The notes under the pieces are model-generated. The model was not told the origin of the DNA. It ran no database searches and was given only the letters and a program-made list of their open reading frames with translations. A stretch of 33,216 nt of DNA from a virus (taxonomy: Duplodnaviria; Caudoviricetes). Of this stretch, positions 25,514-33,216 are shown piece after piece. The stretch is taken from positions 1-33,216 of IMG/VR virus record IMGVR_UViG_3300025693_000008. One strand, given 5' to 3'. A program made the position numbers and the translations under genes. Every line of letters starts with the position of its first letter. Within the stretch, counting starts at the first letter, position 1.

Positions 25514-26150
25514 TGGCTGGACTCATGCCTCCGTCTGCTTCGGTTTTACCTTGAATGGCTTGCATCATTGCCTGGTAGTGAGCTTGGGCGCGCGCTCCGT
25601 TCGCAAAATCAGAATCTTTGCTGAATGCCCGATACAAAACGTAATCCACTAAAGGATCGGCGTAGGTGTCGGGTAAGGTAATTGGTGTGGTGTCTGCGCC
25701 AAAATCCGCTATCTCAATCAAAGCGGGCTTAGCACTGTAGATGTGAACTACCTTGTGCCCTACTTCTGGCGCGGGATACAAATAGAAGCGCCGCGGGTCT
25801 TTGTCGGAATACGTGTAAAACTCGCAATCAGTTACCGGTGAGCTATCGTCGTGCCAGTCCGGTATTTGGCTGTCGAGCTGATCCATATCCATGAATCGAA
25901 TTGCCGAGCCACCAACGTCCCGAACAACACGAATGAGGCGTAGACCTTCGGCGAGCAATGTCTGCTCTGTGCCGAGAGTACAGGTGTGATCTGCGCGCTT
26001 GGTGTTTGCATCCGGACGAATAGAAACAAGATGAACCTGACCGGCGTTAAACCAGTCGAGTAGTTCTGCGTCGCTCCATCGAACCTGTAGCGCATCAAAC
26101 AACACAGACTTGCAGCGCTGTATGATGTCCGTGACTTTGGTGGTCGGCAT
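25506..26150 (-). CDS. Head-tail adaptor (DUF6682-like)
   Basis: L.D...VRWSDAELLDWFN.G......RPDA, FYLYPAP and LVDYVLYRAFSKD motifs. Confidence 0.75.
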   Translation of the reverse strand: MPTTKVTDIIQRCKSVLFDALQVRWSDAELLDWFNAGQVHLVSIRPDANTKRADHTCTLGTEQTLLAEGLRLIRVVRDVGGSAIRFMDMDQLDSQIPDWHDDSSPVTDCEFYTYSDKDPRRFYLYPAPEVGHKVVHIYSAKPALIEIADFGADTTPITLPDTYADPLVDYVLYRAFSKDSDFANGARAQAHYQAMMQAIQGKTEADGGMSPANG

Positions 26151-26155
26151 ATCGG

Positions 26156-26569
26156 TTACTGGCCTTTCTTCTTGTTAGAAGTACTGGCCTTCGCGGCTTC
26201 AAGGCCGGCTTTCTTGCCCGCTTCGAATGCTTCAGCTTTGGCTTCTTCGATAGCTGCAGCAGCGGCTTCTTCTGCTTCGGCAGTAGCTTGGGCTTTGGCT
26301 TCTTCGATAGCTGGTGTTAGCGCTTCTTTCGCTTCAGCCCAACCCTTCTCTACGCCCTGCTCTTCACTGAGCGCCTTAGCCTTTTCAAGCTCTTGGTGAT
26401 GCTGAGAGATAGGAATCGTGGCCTCAAGCGTATCGCCAGAAAGGATATTTCCTTCTTTGTCACAGGGAGCGTAGCTACCAAATTTGCCGGACTGGTTGGA
26501 TACCAATTTACGCAACTCGTCGTTAGCAGTAACCACTCGGCCCTTTGGCGTTTTGTAATAATCAGTCAT
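26156..26569 (-). CDS. Hypothetical phage protein (Ala/Glu/Lys-rich)
   Basis: 137-aa ORF with a GAGGG RBS, following the capsid gene. Confidence 0.7.
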   Translation of the reverse strand: MTDYYKTPKGRVVTANDELRKLVSNQSGKFGSYAPCDKEGNILSGDTLEATIPISQHHQELEKAKALSEEQGVEKGWAEAKEALTPAIEEAKAQATAEAEEAAAAAIEEAKAEAFEAGKKAGLEAAKASTSNKKKGQ

Positions 26570-26590
26570 TGAATGACCCTCAAAGATAAG

Positions 26591-26612
26591 AAAAGGCGGG
26601 AGTGACCCGCCT
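26591..26612 (-). terminator. Intrinsic terminator after major capsid gene
   Basis: AGGCGGG-TCACT-CCCGCCT stem followed by T residues on the minus strand. Confidence 0.7.
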
Positions 26613-26618
26613 ATGAAT

Positions 26619-27551
26619 TTAGGTTAACGAAAGCACTGAGTGGCCCATTGCTTCGTCCTTAACAACTTCGAAGCCGTAGACAAGTAGCGAGCGAGCCAAA
26701 TCACCGAAATCATTCGGGTTTTTGATTTTTTCCATGTACTCGATTTGACTTGCGAACGTCAAAGCAGACTTGTGGCCAAATACGATGTCATGCTTGCCGG
26801 CTGCAACGTTAACGTTGTTAGAGTTGTAGATCGTGAAGCGGTCAATCATGCCGACTCGACCGTTACGCAACGTTGAGTTGCTTGAATCGCCGGAAATAGA
26901 AGCGTCTCGAAGATCTGACTTCTTGATCAAGCCACAAATACGAGGCGGCAATACAAGCCAGCGATTTGAATCTGGCACAGACTGCTCGTCCAGCACTGTT
27001 GCGTAATCGACAATTACATCTAGCACGTTCGTTTTGTTGACCACCAAAGGTGCTGCGTTAGTGCCGAGATTAATGTCGCCAGACTTGCGGCCGGCGGTTG
27101 CGCCTGCGTTCGCAGCAGCTGCATCGGAAGGAATGGCAGCCAGAATACTGGTGTCCACCTTGATCTTCATTTGCTCGCCGCCGTCGTTAGCCCAGTCGTC
27201 CATCAACTTCAGGTCAGACTGACGCTCATCGATCTTGCTTAACTTGAAGGCAAAATACTTACCTTGATCAATCTTAAGAGATACTTCAGGGCTTTCAGGC
27301 TCTTCGTAATCCAGATCAATGCCTTTCACATAGTCGTGAATGGTGATGTCTGGAGTGGTACGGATAACTACTTCATCGCCGTGCGACTTGATCTCGCCTT
27401 CATAGTCGGTATTTGCGATCTCACCGAAGACGGTGGCATCGTAGAACTTCTCGACCAGTTTGGAAGACCAAATTTGTGGGATGAATTTGGAGTTGTTGTT
27501 TGCTCCGGTGCTTGAGTAGTTTGCGGCACCGGCATTTACGGGATAACCCAT
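26619..27551 (-). CDS. Major capsid protein (HK97 fold)
   Basis: FIPQIWSSKL...NTDYEGEIK..GD.V.I, LDEQSVP...RWLV, G.IDRFTIY.SN and F.D..RSL.VYG motifs; follows the scaffold gene. Confidence 0.9.
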   Translation of the reverse strand: MGYPVNAGAANYSSTGANNNSKFIPQIWSSKLVEKFYDATVFGEIANTDYEGEIKSHGDEVVIRTTPDITIHDYVKGIDLDYEEPESPEVSLKIDQGKYFAFKLSKIDERQSDLKLMDDWANDGGEQMKIKVDTSILAAIPSDAAAANAGATAGRKSGDINLGTNAAPLVVNKTNVLDVIVDYATVLDEQSVPDSNRWLVLPPRICGLIKKSDLRDASISGDSSNSTLRNGRVGMIDRFTIYNSNNVNVAAGKHDIVFGHKSALTFASQIEYMEKIKNPNDFGDLARSLLVYGFEVVKDEAMGHSVLSLT

Positions 27552-27582
27552 GATTTATAGCCTCGCGGAAACTCGCGCTGCC

Positions 27583-28596
27583 CTATGATTGTTGTGAGGA
27601 CAGAAACGCGAATAAAGATTTTTCGTATCGCGCTGCATCTTCAGGAGAGATCTTTCCGGGAATCGCTTTATCGCGATAGAAAGATTTGATCTGCTCATCA
27701 GTCCACTGCTCTACCTGCGGTGCTGCATCGGTGTGCACACTGCTAGGTGAGACTTGAACGTGTTGAGTTAAATCAGGCGCTGAAGAAGCTGGCGCAGTTG
27801 GGGTTGTGGGTGCGTCGTAGGCCAAGAAGATTTCTTCCGCCTTATCCAGATCGCCACTATTGAAGGCGTTACCAAGAACTACACTGAGCGCGACGCCGTT
27901 TTCTGCTCGGGAATTGATGAAATCAATAAAGAGCGGGTCGCGATTGCGTCCGTCAAAGTCGACGTTTTTAGCGGTCAAACGATTACGCATTAAGCCTTTA
28001 CGGACTTCCGTAGTGTTTTCTTGAGTGCTCGTCGTGACCTTTTGATCGACTTGATTCACTTGCTGAGCGATTTGATCCACTTGATTCAATCGAGCGCCGT
28101 ACTTTTGCTCCATAAAATCGAACACATCATCACCAAGCTCATCACGTAGCCTTTTCTCTTGGTCGCTCGAAGGAGCGGTGGGCTTTTGCGCGGGCTTGGA
28201 TTTAAGCTCTTGAGTGAGTCGTGCGACTTCGGCTTGCAGTGTGGTGACTTGGGTTTGATCAACCGGTGTTGACTTAGCAGCTTGCTCTGTCAGCTCTTTG
28301 ATTTGGTTTTGGAGCTTAGGAACTTCGGCGTTGTACTTGCCTTGAAGAATCTTGTAGCGACTCTCCCATTTGACATCGTCTTCACCTAACGGCTTGTCTA
28401 GCGGTTGAAAACCTTCTGTCTTGTTCTCAGTTGGTTCTGGTTTGACTGAAGTCGGGGCTGGCTGATTGGGCTCAGGCTCCGGTGTTTCAGTTGGCTTTTT
28501 CCCATCATCGGGCAAAGTTGCGGCTGCAGTGTTTTGCGCTACGATGTATTGGTTTGCCTGTTCGGCGGCCTTTCTTACTGACTCAGGTACACTCAC
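27583..28596 (-). CDS. Capsid scaffolding protein
   Basis: Pro/Glu-rich N-terminus, WESRYKILQGKYNAEVPKL coiled coil; directly upstream of the capsid gene. Confidence 0.75.
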   Translation of the reverse strand: MSVPESVRKAAEQANQYIVAQNTAAATLPDDGKKPTETPEPEPNQPAPTSVKPEPTENKTEGFQPLDKPLGEDDVKWESRYKILQGKYNAEVPKLQNQIKELTEQAAKSTPVDQTQVTTLQAEVARLTQELKSKPAQKPTAPSSDQEKRLRDELGDDVFDFMEQKYGARLNQVDQIAQQVNQVDQKVTTSTQENTTEVRKGLMRNRLTAKNVDFDGRNRDPLFIDFINSRAENGVALSVVLGNAFNSGDLDKAEEIFLAYDAPTTPTAPASSAPDLTQHVQVSPSSVHTDAAPQVEQWTDEQIKSFYRDKAIPGKISPEDAARYEKSLFAFLSSQQS

Positions 28597-28670
28597 GTTT
28601 TGTTTTCTCCAGACGAGTCAATCCCATTGAGGTATTCCTTTCGGAGTCTCTGGCATTGGTATTCGCGTAT

Positions 28671-28694
28671 AAAAAAACCCGCACGATGGCGGGT
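28671..28694 (-). terminator. Intrinsic terminator between portal module and scaffold gene
   Basis: ACCCGC-CATCGT-GCGGGT followed by T6 on the minus strand. Confidence 0.75.
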
Positions 28695-28746
28695 CAGTTA
28701 GGGTTAGCCGTTAAGTAGTCGCTGATTGATCGGTCAGCGGTATTAC

Positions 28747-28998
28747 TTAGGGCTGATCAGGCAGATTGTTAAGAAGGTCTTTTGCATCAGAACCCAGTTC
28801 TAGCAATCGTGCCAAAATTTGTGCATGGCCTTGGACTCGGAGAAAGTCCGTATCGGCTGTGCGCAATTTCTTGTCGACCTTCGCTTGCTCGTTAGCGAGA
28901 AACGCGGTCAGTGTTTGATAGTCGCTGTCATTGTTTAGGCGGTGTAGAGCCTTGAGCAGCTTTGTTTTCTCTTTAGTATCATGCGGCAGGTTGAGCAC
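28747..28998 (-). CDS. Small hypothetical protein after portal
   Basis: 83-aa helical ORF overlapping the portal stop; LRVQGHAQILARL. Confidence 0.65.
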   Translation of the reverse strand: MLNLPHDTKEKTKLLKALHRLNNDSDYQTLTAFLANEQAKVDKKLRTADTDFLRVQGHAQILARLLELGSDAKDLLNNLPDQP

Positions 28999-30952
28999 TT
29001 GGCGCCCCTTCTTGTGGGCCCTGCATTTGAGCGGCCATTCTCTGCTTTAGAGTTTCAGCATCCGGGATGATGTCGCTAGAGTCGGTGTCGTTCGCTTTGT
29101 AGAACTGCTCTAACTGCTCGCGGCGCCCTTCCATTCCAATGATTTGCATATCGATTGGGTTGGCGGTCATTCCCAGCATTTCCTGCTGTCGCATCGCCTG
29201 GGCTTCTTTCTGTATTAACTGGTCAGAACCTTTAGCTTTTGGTTGTGCATCGCCCTTCACTTCAGGGTCGGGGTGGAACAACATAAAGTGGTTATATAGC
29301 TTTTCGACAATCCGCTCGATGATGTTGCGATCGATGGTGCGCACTGCATTTTTGATAGTCTTTGAAGTGGCATTCATCATCATTGAATAGCCGCTTGCGG
29401 TTTTGGCTGCGCCAGCGCCTTGGTCAGAGCCGTAGGCATAGGCCGGTAAACCGGTAAGCTCGTCAGCGTATTTGCTGAAGCGCTCGTAAATCTGCATCAA
29501 TTCATTGGCGTTGCTTTGCGGCTGGAAGAAGTTAATGCCTGGTCTCGAGCTGTTACCGCCATTTGCACTTGTGTCGCCGTGCCAAACTTTCCAAGGCCAC
29601 ATTGCCGAGGCGTCAGCTCCGTCAGCCATCATTCCCATATCAACCCAAACTTGTGGGCCGGACGACATCGCCATGTTGTTGATCAACGATCGAGCCGCTG
29701 CGTTACAGGTGTCTTGGCAGTCGGCCATTGTTTCGGGCAGAGCTTTACCAATCAAAGAGCCCGGTACCGTCTCCCAGCAAGCGCAGTGAATGTCACTCTT
29801 GCCCGCTGGATCTGCGCTAATCATTGCTCGAATAACGAAGTTACCGACAATGGTAATACTGACTTGGTACTCATCGTGCGGGTCAGGAACTTGCTTTTGA
29901 TCCATGCCCCAGTCGAGAAGCATTTGGCCTGACAGGCTGCCTTCCCACTCAAGCGCGTCAATGGTGTCGCCATTGTCGACGGTCATCGAATAATTATTGA
30001 GGATTGCACGCTCTTCGTCGGACCATACCCACTCGCGTAAACCGCCGGCAGAGTATTGAGCCAATACCAAGGCAATGTTTTCAGTGTGGTAACCAGGTGC
30101 ACCACGCATCGCGCTTAAATCTTTACGGGTGAATGTTCTGTGTTCGATGAACCAGTGGCCATCTAATGTGCTGTCTGCCGATGGAGCCGGATAAGCTCTG
30201 AACGGTGACACTCGACGGAACTTACGCTGAATGACTCGCTCGGTTTGTGGTGCAAAGCCACCGTTTGCAGCTGGAACCCATTGGAGTTTCTTGCCGGTGG
30301 TGAACTCGACGCCTTTGACGTAGGCAACAGGAAATGTCACGAAATCATCTAGGAACGCATCGAATACGGTATCCCAGTCGCCTTCAACCATATCGTCTTC
30401 GATAAGGTCAGCCATTTTGTCCATACGGCTTTGAGCTTCATCGGTTGCTTCCGTTAGCAAACGATCTTTGTGTTTGGATAGTGTTGCTTGTACCTCCTCC
30501 TGCGAGATTTGGCTTTGCTGCATGACAGCCATAGCCTCTTGAATCATTCGTTCGATGATTTCAGGAGGTAATTCGGGTACCGGTGTCGCTGATAGATCCC
30601 AAGGACGGTCACCGGCTGGAGCAAATAGATCAGCAAGCCATGCTTTCAAGCCACGACACTTAGCCGCGGTTAATTGCATAAATATTTCTGAGCCGCCCGT
30701 TTGCTGAATCTCGGTCAATCGGCTCGGAGAGTACTCACCCTTACGACGTCGCAAACAATCAGCTAAACGATCATTCAAGCCTGAAGACTGCTTATGACTC
30801 TTTGCCGCCAACCAACACTTACGAACATATCCAGCCAAGGCATCTTCTGCTGGCTGCATGTAGAGCGCAGGATTCGCATTCTCGTGCGTCTGCTTAGCTT
30901 CAGCGTCTCTATTCTGCTGAACCTGCTCTGGTGTTTGGATGGCTAAAACCAT
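28979..30952 (-). CDS. Portal protein
   Basis: 657 aa between terminase and scaffold; G.ALPE.M.D.Q...NAAARSLINN..MSSGPQ, WPWKVW and AKTASG.SMMM motifs. Confidence 0.9.
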   Translation of the reverse strand: MVLAIQTPEQVQQNRDAEAKQTHENANPALYMQPAEDALAGYVRKCWLAAKSHKQSSGLNDRLADCLRRRKGEYSPSRLTEIQQTGGSEIFMQLTAAKCRGLKAWLADLFAPAGDRPWDLSATPVPELPPEIIERMIQEAMAVMQQSQISQEEVQATLSKHKDRLLTEATDEAQSRMDKMADLIEDDMVEGDWDTVFDAFLDDFVTFPVAYVKGVEFTTGKKLQWVPAANGGFAPQTERVIQRKFRRVSPFRAYPAPSADSTLDGHWFIEHRTFTRKDLSAMRGAPGYHTENIALVLAQYSAGGLREWVWSDEERAILNNYSMTVDNGDTIDALEWEGSLSGQMLLDWGMDQKQVPDPHDEYQVSITIVGNFVIRAMISADPAGKSDIHCACWETVPGSLIGKALPETMADCQDTCNAAARSLINNMAMSSGPQVWVDMGMMADGADASAMWPWKVWHGDTSANGGNSSRPGINFFQPQSNANELMQIYERFSKYADELTGLPAYAYGSDQGAGAAKTASGYSMMMNATSKTIKNAVRTIDRNIIERIVEKLYNHFMLFHPDPEVKGDAQPKAKGSDQLIQKEAQAMRQQEMLGMTANPIDMQIIGMEGRREQLEQFYKANDTDSSDIIPDAETLKQRMAAQMQGPQEGAPSAQPAA

Positions 30953-30953
30953 G

Positions 30954-31358
30954 TTATTGAACAGCTCTCAAGTGATTCTGCGATACAGATACGGGGATAA
31001 TGATTCGGCTTTCTTCTTTCATCTGCTTCATGCCTTCGTTAAGGCACTCAAGCATGTTTTCGATGTATTCTTTTGGATTGGCTGCCAGGTCTTGAGCATC
31101 GATAACGATCTCAACGTGATTGTCGCCCTTGGCCAGAAATTCAAACCTGATCTTTGGCTTGCCCTTTTCGACTCGAACCGACACTCGGGAGTCGCCAGCA
31201 TTGGCCTTTGGCATCTTGTGGCCAGACTTGAACACGGTTACCGCTTCGTCCAGCACCTCAAAGAACTCGCGAAACTTTTCATTTTTCGTGAACTCGGACT
31301 CTTCTTGAGCTTTCTTGATACCGCGCTGTAGGCTGTATACGTTTTTCTTACGAGCCAT
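30954..31358 (-). CDS. Hypothetical phage protein
   Basis: ATG 31358 overlaps the terL stop (TAATG). Confidence 0.7.
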   Translation of the reverse strand: MARKKNVYSLQRGIKKAQEESEFTKNEKFREFFEVLDEAVTVFKSGHKMPKANAGDSRVSVRVEKGKPKIRFEFLAKGDNHVEIVIDAQDLAANPKEYIENMLECLNEGMKQMKEESRIIIPVSVSQNHLRAVQ

Positions 31359-32866
31359 TAAGTCCAACCTCTCATTGTTTGTTGTGGGACGCCGGTTGGT
31401 GCCCGTTTCTTTCTGCTGTAGCCGGCAGTTAATAGAGATAACGACAAGGCGAAGTAACGAAAGGAATCAGCGGCGTGAGAACATTCATCATGCAGCGGTC
31501 GATCTTTCCACTTGCCTAATCGTTCATCCCAGGCCTTGCGATAACCTTGAAGCTTGGCGAGACCTGATTCAGTCATGCTCTTGTCAAACCAGCAAAGTGG
31601 CAATATGTCTCGAACAGCTTGTATACCGTCCACGACAAGAACGTTTGGTGCGACTTCAAACTTAAGGCCAAGCTCAAGAGCAGTTTGTAAGCGTGTTTTT
31701 GCGTCGTTACCCCACTCTCTTACTGAAAGATCGTGAGGCCCGACGTGCGTGCCGTATCGATAACCAAGCTCTCTTCGCTTTTCGTCGAGTTCGTCCATGT
31801 AGAACTGCAAGCCTTCGCCGCTGTTCTCGTAGTAGTCAATGACGTGCCATTCACGCCCTACTTGCTGAACAAACCAAATAGCATTGGTATCGTCGACACC
31901 GATGTCCCAGATTGTGTGTACAACCTGCGATGGATCGTAGGGAACTCTACAGATTTGACTGCGTTCGTGGATTTGTTTGAACTGTCGAGCGTAGTAAGCA
32001 CCTTCAATGCTTTGCTCAAATGCTTCTGCCGATGTTGACGGGTACTCCCGCTTGATGTCGTCACCAAGCGTTTTCTCTTTACCGGCATACCACGCCATTT
32101 GACCAGGTGTTAGGTCAATGCCATGTTCGTGTTTTAGCTTGTGGAAGTACTCAACAAGGCGTTGAGGTATCGCTATGTCTTCTGGATCTAGCGAGTAGTC
32201 TGGATTCTGCCACCAACTGAAGAAAAAGAACTTCCAGTCGAGCGGTGATAGCTTCGCACCGCTTAGGTGTAATGCTTCAGCTTCTTGGCAATATGTGAAG
32301 TAATAGCCCTGCTGACCTTCTGCCGTCGACTCAAGAGTAATAACGCCATCACTGCCAACTGCCTCGAAAGCACCAGTAACAATCTCACGCGCCTTCTCAG
32401 GGAACTTAGCGCAGATCTTTCCGAACTCAGAGACGTGAAGCCAGGTTAATGTGCCTCCTCGAAACGATGTATCGATATAGACCGATCCGCCGTTTTCAAA
32501 GACCAATTCGCCTGCGCTTTCATTCTTAGCCGGGCAAGCTGCCTTTATCTCTTCAGGAAGATTGTCATAAGCGTACATGACTTTTTCACGGAAGAGACGC
32601 TTAGCCACCTTCTCTCGGTCTGCAATCAGTGCGCACTTGGCGCCCTCGAAGATCGCCGCATCCGTTTGGATGATGCACTTCTCGGTGGTGAAGCCGAGCT
32701 GCCGAGCCTTCAAGATCACATTGCGGTTGTGCATGTTGGAGTAGTAGTGATACTGCTCCGGCGTCATCTTGAACTTTACTTTTTTACCCTTTTTATCGGT
32801 AATGTAGTAAAGGTTGTTGAGGCGCCAATAACGATCGGCTAGCAGCTCAGGACTCAGACTCTCCAC
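31358..32866 (-). CDS. terL: Terminase large subunit
   Basis: Walker A ILKARQLGFTT, Walker B WLHVSE, ESTAEG, nuclease WDIGVDD and HAADSFRY. Probable GTG start at 32866. Confidence 0.95.
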   Translation of the reverse strand: MESLSPELLADRYWRLNNLYYITDKKGKKVKFKMTPEQYHYYSNMHNRNVILKARQLGFTTEKCIIQTDAAIFEGAKCALIADREKVAKRLFREKVMYAYDNLPEEIKAACPAKNESAGELVFENGGSVYIDTSFRGGTLTWLHVSEFGKICAKFPEKAREIVTGAFEAVGSDGVITLESTAEGQQGYYFTYCQEAEALHLSGAKLSPLDWKFFFFSWWQNPDYSLDPEDIAIPQRLVEYFHKLKHEHGIDLTPGQMAWYAGKEKTLGDDIKREYPSTSAEAFEQSIEGAYYARQFKQIHERSQICRVPYDPSQVVHTIWDIGVDDTNAIWFVQQVGREWHVIDYYENSGEGLQFYMDELDEKRRELGYRYGTHVGPHDLSVREWGNDAKTRLQTALELGLKFEVAPNVLVVDGIQAVRDILPLCWFDKSMTESGLAKLQGYRKAWDERLGKWKDRPLHDECSHAADSFRYFALSLSLLTAGYSRKKRAPTGVPQQTMRGWT

Positions 32867-33114
32867 GCAAAGGCCCTTCTGCTTTTGCCTCTTGGGCAAT
32901 TTTGTTCATTAAGCTGGTTAACGGGTTGTCTTTGTCCTCGCCAATCAGTTTCTTGTCAGTGAACATGGCCAACGACTTACCCATCAACTCTAGTGGGCCT
33001 TTTTTATCGTTGATCTTGTATTTGTACTCAATGATTACGCCTTCTTCATCGCTGCCGCCGGCCTTGAACTCTTTCGTGGTTATCTCAGTGATGGCAGCTG
33101 CTGCGTCGGGCGTT
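32847..33114 (-). pseudogene. terS: 3' fragment of terminase small subunit, interrupted by IS
   Basis: TPDAAAAITEIT...KYKINDKKGPLELMGKSLAMFTDK is a TerS C-terminal half; upstream of 33114 the sequence switches to an IS end. Confidence 0.75.
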
Positions 33115-33216
33115 GAGGCTGTAGAAAAACTCCAAAAAACAGACGTTTTTTGATAAAATCCGGTATCAATAAAGGACTTTAGTATGCCGAATTTTAAAAA
33201 GTACAACTATGATCAA
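33115..33216 (+). mobile_element. Left end of an IS1182-family insertion sequence (truncated by window)
   Basis: GAGGCTGTAGAAAAACTC terminal-repeat-like sequence, an abrupt AT-rich shift, then RBS AAAGGA and a transposase-like start. Confidence 0.7.
33184..33216 (+). CDS. N-terminus of probable IS1182-family transposase (partial)
   Basis: MPNFKKYNYDQ resembles the M..FK.Y.YDQ start of IS1182 transposases; only 11 codons are visible. Confidence 0.6.
   Translation, partial: MPNFKKYNYDQ

Larger units (their letters stand above)
1..33114. mobile_element. Prophage region (podovirus-type morphogenesis operon plus cargo); boundaries not visible in window
   Basis: Co-oriented terminase-portal-scaffold-capsid-adaptor-tail-ejection genes at 10799..33114. 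No tape-measure, tube or sheath gene. No integrase or att site seen, so the left extent is uncertain. Confidence 0.85.

Noticed and set aside
33115-33206. N-terminal 30 aa of the 119-aa ORF 32847..33206 as genuine TerS
   Set aside because: It is the antisense reading of the IS end fused in frame by chance.
1-33216. tRNA, rRNA, integrase, att sites or lysis cassette
   Set aside because: None recognisable in this window by inspection.

Overview
The window is mostly a temperate, podovirus-type prophage, probably in a gammaproteobacterium (CsrA, YejK/NdpA and EndA-like homologs). From about 33.1 kb down to 10.8 kb a compact minus-strand morphogenesis operon encodes terminase, portal, scaffold, major capsid, two adaptor-like proteins, a tail fibre with an S74 chaperone, a nozzle-like protein, a DUF1983 tail protein, a GNAT-like protein and five ejection-type proteins. 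A Zn-ribbon / cupin-like / membrane fatty-acid desaturase cluster is embedded in the tail genes. The small terminase gene is broken at about 33115 by an IS1182-like element that runs off the window. Left of the last ejection gene (the P22 sieA/immI position) lies a visibly more AT-rich cargo region. It holds membrane and lipoproteins, a YejK/NA37 + transmembrane gene pair, a Zn-ribbon DUF4145 protein, an Arc-like repressor with two 21-bp operators facing a stand-alone HExxGH metallopeptidase, a secreted endonuclease I and an atypical CsrA. Three copies of a degenerate ~45-bp element mark cassette boundaries in the cargo. All family calls come from motif recognition by eye; no searches were run.
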